Assembly (NCBI GenBank): GCA_022795855.1
Contig: JAAWHL010000001.1
Span: 12,478 to 76,477 of the forward strand
Direction: 5' to 3'
Origin: Lawsonibacter sp.
GTDB taxonomy: Bacteria; Bacillota; Clostridia; Oscillospirales; Oscillospiraceae
DNA: 64,000 bases
Shown here piece by piece: positions 57,870 to 64,000 of this stretch. A model generated the notes under the pieces. The model worked only from the letters and a program-made list of their open reading frames with translations, did no database searches and was not told where the DNA came from. The number at the start of each line of letters is the position of its first letter. Positions within the stretch are counted from its first letter, which is position 1. The translations under genes were made by a program, and so were the position numbers.

Positions 57870-58120
57870 AGCAGCACCTCCCGATAGCTCCCGTCCCCCT
57901 GGGTGATATAGACGCGCACCGGGTCCAGTCCCACCCGGTGAAGCACCTTCAGCGCGTCGGTCAGATTTCTCTGGGACACCTTGACCGAATGACTGCACCC
58001 CTCCCCTGCGATGCTCTTGGGAGAGCGCAGCATATGAGCGGAGATCCCGGCCCGCTCCAGCGCCGCGGCGGTGCGCTGGGCATAGGTCAGGGACCTGCAT
58101 TGGAACAGATAGTAGAGCAT
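57866..58120 (-). CDS. DUF3343-like small protein
   Basis: S.T.A, P..I...GC, pairing with a desulfurase gene. Confidence 0.75.
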   Translation of the reverse strand: MLYYLFQCRSLTYAQRTAAALERAGISAHMLRSPKSIAGEGCSHSVKVSQRNLTDALKVLHRVGLDPVRVYITQGDGSYREVLL

Positions 58121-58275
58121 GGCATGATTCCTTTCCCGGGGTGCGGCGGCCCCGGAAACGCCGGGCCCGGAGCGCGCTGCCCCCTCACTGCCATAGTATG
58201 CGCGCCCGTCTGCTCCGGTGCCGGCAGAAAATCACCCCGCAGGGGCCGCCTTGTCCGGCCCCGCGGGGTGACGCG

Positions 58276-58761
58276 CTAGGTTGCTTCGGCCCGCTCCAGC
58301 AGGCAGACCGCGTGGGCGGCCATGCCCTCGCCGCTGCCGGTGAAGCCCAGCTTTTCCTCTGTGGTGGCCTTGACGCTCACCTGATTCCGTGCAATGCCCA
58401 GGCGGGCGGCCAGGTTCTCCGCCATGGCCGGGAGATAGGGGGCCAGTTTGGGACTCTGGGCCAGCAGGGTGGCGTCCACGTTTCCCACCCGCCAGCCCCG
58501 CCTGGCCAGCAGATCCGCCACGCGTTCCAGCAGCTTCAGGCTGTCCGCGCCGGCATAGGCCGGGTCGGTATCGGGAAAATGCTGGCCGATATCCCCCAGC
58601 GCCGCCGCCCCCAGCAGGGCGTCCATCACCGCATGGGTAAGCACGTCCGCATCGGAGTGGCCCAGCAGCCCCAGATGAAAGGGCACCTCCACTCCGCCCA
58701 GAATCAGCTTCCGGTCCGGCGCCAGCCGGTGTACGTCGTATCCGTGTCCGATGCGCATCAC
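58276..58761 (-). CDS. ispF: 2-C-methyl-D-erythritol 2,4-cyclodiphosphate synthase
   Basis: [23 protein letters not shown]. Confidence 0.96.
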   Translation of the reverse strand: MMRIGHGYDVHRLAPDRKLILGGVEVPFHLGLLGHSDADVLTHAVMDALLGAAALGDIGQHFPDTDPAYAGADSLKLLERVADLLARRGWRVGNVDATLLAQSPKLAPYLPAMAENLAARLGIARNQVSVKATTEEKLGFTGSGEGMAAHAVCLLERAEAT

Positions 58762-59495
58762 AGCTCTCCCCGCCCCCTCGCCTCCAGAATGGCCTCGGCA
58801 ATCAGAAAGTCAATGGGGGTGGTCAGCTTCAGGTTCTCCCGGCTCCCGGGAACCAGGGACACCTTCATCCCCATGCGCTCCACCGCCCCGCAGTCGTCGG
58901 TGAGGGCTTCGCCGTCGTCCAGCGCCTTCTGTACGGCGGCGCGTATCAGATCCGCATCAAAGACCTGAGGGGTCTGTACCGCCCGCAGAGCGGAGCGGTC
59001 CACCGTCTCCACCGCCAGTTCCTCCTCCACCCGCTTCACCGTGTCGGTCAGCGGCAGGGCCGGGGCCGCCGCCCCGGTGCGCAGGGCGCACTGCACCACC
59101 TGGCTGATCAGCCCGGCAGAGGCAAGCGGACGGGCGCCGTCGTGGATGGCGATCACAGCGGCCTCCCGGCTCACCTCCCGCAATCCGGCCTGAACCGAGT
59201 GCAGGCGCTCCTTTCCGCCAACAACCACCTTCTTCACCTTGTCCAGGCCGTACTGGCGGCACAGCCGGCCCGTCTCCACCAGCAGGTCCTCCCGGGTGAC
59301 CACAATCACCTCGCTGATATCGGGGCAGTCCTGAAGGGCGTAGAGGGTGTGAACCAGGACGGGCAGCTCGCCCAGGGGGGCCAGCACCTTATCGACGCCC
59401 TCCATCCGGCGGGCGCTGCCCGCAGCCGCCACCACCGCCGAGCACATGGGGGGCTCCTTTGCACGGCCCTTAAACAACGAAAACAGTCCAGCCAT
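58758..59495 (-). CDS. ispD: MEP cytidylyltransferase
   Basis: [27 protein letters not shown]. Confidence 0.95.
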   Translation of the reverse strand: MAGLFSLFKGRAKEPPMCSAVVAAAGSARRMEGVDKVLAPLGELPVLVHTLYALQDCPDISEVIVVTREDLLVETGRLCRQYGLDKVKKVVVGGKERLHSVQAGLREVSREAAVIAIHDGARPLASAGLISQVVQCALRTGAAAPALPLTDTVKRVEEELAVETVDRSALRAVQTPQVFDADLIRAAVQKALDDGEALTDDCGAVERMGMKVSLVPGSRENLKLTTPIDFLIAEAILEARGRGEL

Positions 59496-59544
59496 ATGAT
59501 CTCTCCTTCTTCGTTCCGAAAAAAAGGAGCCTTTCGGCTCCTTT

Positions 59545-60036
59545 TTAATTGACTTGCGGCAGGGTCAGCGCGGTATTGATGCAGGCCTCCACATCCTCAT
59601 AGGAGCGGCACTGGGACAGCACCAGCTCGGAAATCAGAATCTGCTTGGCCGAGTGGAGCATCTTCCGTTCGCCTGTGGACAGCCCGCGGTCCGCGTCCCG
59701 GAGCATCAGGCCCTTGACCACCCGGGCCACCTCAAAAATATCCCCGCTTTTCAGCCGCTCCATGTTTTCCCGGTAACGGCGGTTCCAGTTCTGGGTCATG
59801 TCCACCTGGATGGTGGGAATGGCGGTCAGCACACTGGCCGCGCACTCGCTGTCCACCACAGGGCGCACGCCGATCTCCCCGCTGGTCTCTACCGGAATCA
59901 TAACCAGCATGGCGCGTACAGGCAGCTTGAGCGTGTAATAATCCCGTACCACTCCGTTGACCTTTTTGGTGATAATGCTTTCCACAATACCTGCGCCGTG
60001 CATGGGATGAACGATCTTATCCCCGATCTGGAACAC
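59545..60036 (-). CDS. carD: CarD family transcriptional regulator
   Basis: GDKIVHPMHGAG, WNRRYR, LSTGERKM. Confidence 0.93.
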   Translation of the reverse strand: MFQIGDKIVHPMHGAGIVESIITKKVNGVVRDYYTLKLPVRAMLVMIPVETSGEIGVRPVVDSECAASVLTAIPTIQVDMTQNWNRRYRENMERLKSGDIFEVARVVKGLMLRDADRGLSTGERKMLHSAKQILISELVLSQCRSYEDVEACINTALTLPQVN

Positions 60037-60172
60037 TTTTCACACCTCCAAAATAGGGCCTGTCTGAAGGCCGGTCCAGGCACCTGCGGCGGTTTTCCGC
60101 CGCTCGCCTGTGCTTCCCGTCCTTCAAACAAGGCCTGTTCCCCCGTCTGTTTCCTGTTATACCTCTTTCTTC

Positions 60173-60201
60173 ATTATAACAGGTCATTTCGCACACAGCA
60201 A
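60173..60201 (-). promoter_or_regulatory. Sigma-A promoter of carD-ispDF
   Basis: TTGCTG-17 bp-TATAAT on the minus strand. Confidence 0.65.
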
Positions 60202-60315
60202 GGGGGGAAAACACGTTATTTTGGAGTTTTTTCAATTATTTTTTAACATTTCCAAACAGCTTTTTTGTTTTTTGCCGAAACATGTCCTTTCGCCGGCGGA
60301 GCGGGAGGCCTCCGC

Positions 60316-63300
60316 CTATTGCCCCAGCTCCTGAAGCAGGGCCCGGACCGAGTCCAGCTCCTCCCGGGCTCCAAAGTCCGACCGCTCCTCCGGGGGGTAC
60401 TCCCGGCCAAGAATCTCCCGGCACAGACGCAGCGCCTCCTCCCGGTCGGCCGGAACGCCAATCCCCCGGGCCAGGCAGCGGGCCAGCGCACACCGGGCGT
60501 TCAGATCCTCCAGCTCCGCGCCCTTCTGATACCACCGGAAGGCCTGCTCCGGGTCGGCCGGAACGCCGGCCCCCTGCTCCAGGAAACGGCCCAGCGCCCA
60601 GCAGGCGCTGCTGCTCCCCGACTCCTGGGCCTTCCGGTACTGGGCAAAGGCCTGCTCCAGCCTGCCCTGGAGCTCATAGAGATAGCCCAGATTGTACTGC
60701 GCGGTGACGTTCCCCTTCTCAATGGCCTTTTCCAGCCAGTAAAGGGCCTTCTCCAGATCCCTGGGGCACTCCTCCCCCTGAAGATAGTGGTCGCCCAGAT
60801 TGCACATGGCGCAGTCGTTGCCCATCTCTGCCGCCTTCAGATAGTACTCCACCGCCTTTTTCCGGTCCGGCTCCACGCCGTGGCCGTAGCTGTACATAAA
60901 GCCGATGTTGCACACCGCCCGGTCGTCTCCCTCCCTGGCGGCCTTTTCGTACCAGTGCATGGCCTGGGCGTAGTCCTGGTCCGTACCGTGGCCGTGGTCA
61001 TAGTTCAAGCCGGTGACATACATGCCCCGGACACTGCCCGCTCCGGCAGCCTTGAGATACCACCGGAACGCGGTCTCTCGGTTCTGCTCCACGCCCTTGC
61101 CGTTGTCATAGCACCAGGCCAGATTGCACATCCCCCGGGGGTAGTCCATCTCGGCCGACTTGGCGTACCACCGGGCGGCCTGCTCCCAGTCCTGCTCCGT
61201 GCCGTAGCCCTGCTCGAAACACCAGCCCACGTTGCACACCGCTCGGGCGCTGCCCGCTTCGGCGGCCTTTGAGTACCACCGGAAGGCGGCCTCATAGTCC
61301 TGGGGAACCCCCTTGGCGTTTTCAAAGCACCAGCCCAGATTGCACATGCCCCGGCTGCTGCCCGCCTCGGCGGCCTTGAGGTACCACTCCACCGCCTGCT
61401 CCCAGCTCTGCTCCGCGCCCCGGCCCGTCTCGTACAGATAGCCGATGGAGCACATGGCGTCCTCGTCGCCCTCGCCGGCCGCCTGCTGATACCAGTACAG
61501 GGCCTTGGCGCAGTCTACGCCGGTGCCCTCCCCGTGCTCATAGTTCCAGGCGGCGCAGTACATGCTGCGGGGGTTGCCCGCCTCAGCGCCCTTCAGATAC
61601 CACTCCGCCGCAATCTTGTGGTCCTGCTCTACGCCCTTGCCGTTGTCGTAGCACCAGGCCAGGTTCCCCATGGCCCGGCCGTACCCCCCTTCGGCAGCCT
61701 TCCGGTACCACTGCGCCGCCTGTTCCCAGCTCTGCTCCACGCCGGAGCCCTGCTCATAGCAGAAACCGGCGCTGCACATGCAGCGCAGACTGCCCGCCTC
61801 GGCCCCGTGAAGATACAGCCGGGCAGCGGTCTCCTGGTTCTTTTCCACGCCCCGGCCGTTCTCATAGCACCAGGCCAGATTGCCCATGGCGCGGGGACTG
61901 CCCGCCTCGGCGGCCTTCTGATACCACTGCGCCGCCTGCTCCCAGTCCTGCTCCACCTCATAGCCCCGCTCGTAGAAGTAGCCGATGTTGCACATCGCCT
62001 CGGTATCTCCGCAGTCTGCGGCCCTGTGATACCACTCCAGCGCCAGGGCAAAGTCCTGTTCCAGCCCTTCGCCGTGCTCACAGTCCCAGGCGTAGCAGTA
62101 CATACTGCGCACGTCCCCCGCCTCGGCGCCCTTCAAAAACCATTGGGCCGCCTCGGTGTAGCTCTGCTCTACACCCTTTCCGTGGTCATAGCACCAGCCC
62201 AGGTTGCCCATGGCCCGGCCGTCTCCCTCGTCGGCGGCCTTCCGGTACCACTGCGCCGCCTGTTCCCAGCTCTGCTCTACGCCCGCGCCCTGCTCATACA
62301 GAAAGCCCAGGTTGCACATCGCGCCCCGGTGGCCCCGCTGGGCCGCCTGTTCATACCAGTAGGCCGCCTTCTCCAAATCCCGGGAGATGCCCTCCCCGTG
62401 CTCGCAGTTCCAGCCGACGCAGTACATGCTGCGCACGTTGCCCGCCTCGGCTCCCTTCAAAAACCACCGGGCCGCAGCGGCGTGGTCCGCCTCCACTCCT
62501 TTTCCGTTGTCATAGCACCAGGCCAGATTGCCCATGGCGCGGGCGTTGCCCGCCTCGGCGGCCTTCCGGTACCACTCCACCGCCTTATCCCAGTTCTGCT
62601 CCACGCCCCGGCCCACCTCGTAGGCCAGCCCCACGGCGCACACACCGTCGCTGTCGCCGTTTTCCGCTGCGCGCATATACCAGAAAAAGGACTTCTCATC
62701 GTCCTGCTCCACCCCCCGGCCGTTCTCATAACACCAGGCAATGTTATACTGACAGGTGGAGTCCCCCTGCTGAGCACCCAGAGTCCACCAGCGCATGGCC
62801 TCGCTGTCGCTCTGCTCCACGCCCTCCCCCTTCATACACATCTGGCCCAGGTCGCAGGCGGCCGACTCGGCCCCCAGGTCATAGGCCCGGGACAGCAGCT
62901 GCCAGGCCTGCTCCGGATCCCGCTCCACTCCGTTCCCCCGCAGATAGCACAGGCCCAGCAGGAGATTGGCCCGCTCGTGGTCCTGAGCGGCGGCCTGACG
63001 GTACAGCTCGATGGCGGCGGAGATGTCCTGCTCCACCCATTTTCCGTGCTCCAGCAGCCACCCCAGACAGCACGCGCCGTCGGCGCTGCCCGACTCGGCG
63101 GCCCGGCGGTACCACTGCACCGCCTTCTCCGGGTCCACCTCGGTGCCCGTCCCAAACTCATAATGGCGGGCCAGCTCGGTCTGGCTGGTGGCGTCCCCCT
63201 GCAAGGCGGAGGTGCGCAGCCACTCCAGCGCGGCCTTCTGATCCTGCGCCACGCCCAGACCCAGGTCCAGACACCGGGCCAGCAGACGCTGCCCCCGGGA

Positions 63301-63732
63301 GGATCCGTTTTCCGCGGCCCGCTGGTACAGTTCCACCGCCTGCTTGATATCCGATTGGGTGCCAATCCCCAGCTCGTAGCACACGCCCAGGTTGCACACG
63401 GCGGACAGGCTGCCCATCTCCACCGCCTGCTGGTAGAGCCAGAAGGCCTGACGGGGGTCCGCCTGGGTCCCGGTGCCCCGCTCCATACACAGCCCCAGGT
63501 TGCAGGTGCCCCAAGCGCTGCCCTGCCCTGCCGACCGGCGAAAATATTGCAGGGCGCGCTCCTGCCCGTCGGGACGGTTGACCCAGAAAACGCCCAGCGC
63601 AGACCAGTCGTCCGCCGACATATCGGACTCCGCCACCGGCACCATTACCTTGCCGCACCGGGGACAGCGCTCCGGGGACTGCTCCTCCTCACAAAAATAT
63701 CCACATTCTTTTTCAGAACAGCGAAATATCAT
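60316..63732 (-). CDS. Sel1-like repeat protein (29 repeats of 36 aa) with N-terminal zinc-ribbon
   Basis: Repeats A..NLG..YE.G.GVEQD...A..WY.KAA..G counted by hand; N-terminal CxxxxC...CPRC. Confidence 0.93.
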   Translation of the reverse strand: MIFRCSEKECGYFCEEEQSPERCPRCGKVMVPVAESDMSADDWSALGVFWVNRPDGQERALQYFRRSAGQGSAWGTCNLGLCMERGTGTQADPRQAFWLYQQAVEMGSLSAVCNLGVCYELGIGTQSDIKQAVELYQRAAENGSSRGQRLLARCLDLGLGVAQDQKAALEWLRTSALQGDATSQTELARHYEFGTGTEVDPEKAVQWYRRAAESGSADGACCLGWLLEHGKWVEQDISAAIELYRQAAAQDHERANLLLGLCYLRGNGVERDPEQAWQLLSRAYDLGAESAACDLGQMCMKGEGVEQSDSEAMRWWTLGAQQGDSTCQYNIAWCYENGRGVEQDDEKSFFWYMRAAENGDSDGVCAVGLAYEVGRGVEQNWDKAVEWYRKAAEAGNARAMGNLAWCYDNGKGVEADHAAAARWFLKGAEAGNVRSMYCVGWNCEHGEGISRDLEKAAYWYEQAAQRGHRGAMCNLGFLYEQGAGVEQSWEQAAQWYRKAADEGDGRAMGNLGWCYDHGKGVEQSYTEAAQWFLKGAEAGDVRSMYCYAWDCEHGEGLEQDFALALEWYHRAADCGDTEAMCNIGYFYERGYEVEQDWEQAAQWYQKAAEAGSPRAMGNLAWCYENGRGVEKNQETAARLYLHGAEAGSLRCMCSAGFCYEQGSGVEQSWEQAAQWYRKAAEGGYGRAMGNLAWCYDNGKGVEQDHKIAAEWYLKGAEAGNPRSMYCAAWNYEHGEGTGVDCAKALYWYQQAAGEGDEDAMCSIGYLYETGRGAEQSWEQAVEWYLKAAEAGSSRGMCNLGWCFENAKGVPQDYEAAFRWYSKAAEAGSARAVCNVGWCFEQGYGTEQDWEQAARWYAKSAEMDYPRGMCNLAWCYDNGKGVEQNRETAFRWYLKAAGAGSVRGMYVTGLNYDHGHGTDQDYAQAMHWYEKAAREGDDRAVCNIGFMYSYGHGVEPDRKKAVEYYLKAAEMGNDCAMCNLGDHYLQGEECPRDLEKALYWLEKAIEKGNVTAQYNLGYLYELQGRLEQAFAQYRKAQESGSSSACWALGRFLEQGAGVPADPEQAFRWYQKGAELEDLNARCALARCLARGIGVPADREEALRLCREILGREYPPEERSDFGAREELDSVRALLQELGQ

Positions 63733-63758
63733 GCAACTATCATCCTTTCCTGCTGCTG

Positions 63759-64000
63759 TTACTTCTCGTAAGGCCGGATGCCCAGCCGGTCAAAGCCGGC
63801 CATGCCCCGGTAGATGGACAGAGCCATATCCAGCATCGGCATGGCGGCCACGGCACCGCTGCCCTCGCCCAGGTACATCCTGGCGTCAATAAAGGGCTTC
63901 AGGCCCAGCGCGTCCAGCAGAATCCCGCCGCAGGGCTCCGCCGGGCGGTGGCTGGCAATCATGGATTTGGCCGCGTCGGGGCACAGCCGCACCGCCGCCA
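63759..64000 (-). CDS. cobT: Nicotinate-nucleotide:dimethylbenzimidazole phosphoribosyltransferase, C-terminal fragment
   Basis: ASH..AEP, LGL.P.ID..MYLGEGSGA; truncated by window edge. Confidence 0.8.
   Translation of the reverse strand, partial: AAVRLCPDAAKSMIASHRPAEPCGGILLDALGLKPFIDARMYLGEGSGAVAAMPMLDMALSIYRGMAGFDRLGIRPYEK

Noticed and set aside
60928-62655. Regularly spaced DNA repeats as a possible CRISPR array or DGR
   Set aside because: 108-bp periodicity inside an open reading frame encoding Sel1 repeats; no cas genes or reverse transcriptase.

Overview
A 64-kb chromosomal window from a GC-rich, spore-forming clostridial gut bacterium. The Oscillospiraceae-like assignment is inferred from gene content and codon style, not from a search. 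It is mostly housekeeping: radA; rbgA-rnhB-yraN; thrC; tig-clpP-clpX-lon-engB; ruvCAB; sigH; scpAB-ytfJ-dacB-rluB; cmk-plsC-ispH/rpsA fusion; leuCDB; purB; pfk/fba; fmt-def-priA-rpoZ-gmk-remA-yicC; cdaA-cdaR; ispDF-carD; a 1138-aa Sel1-repeat protein; and partial cobT. I saw no rRNA, tRNA, CRISPR array, prophage or transposase. Four things stand out. (1) Gene orientation flips from almost all + to all - at about 44.45 kb, exactly at a lone XerS-like tyrosine recombinase with a perfect 13-6-13 palindrome 61 bp upstream, which suggests a single-recombinase dif site at the replication terminus. (2) The 1.66-kb 'empty' radA-traX interval holds two near-identical convergent sigma-A promoters, an unannotated 39-aa transmembrane ORF with 5'-3' mRNA pairing, a rod-shaped ~215-nt candidate sRNA, and a pair of 33-bp inverted repeats. 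It is a candidate type I toxin-antitoxin, 6S-like or invertible locus. (3) A MITE family is present, with one copy inserted exactly at the pfk stop codon. (4) Small accessory ORFs are spliced into housekeeping operons. All family names are from motif recognition only; nothing was computed or searched.
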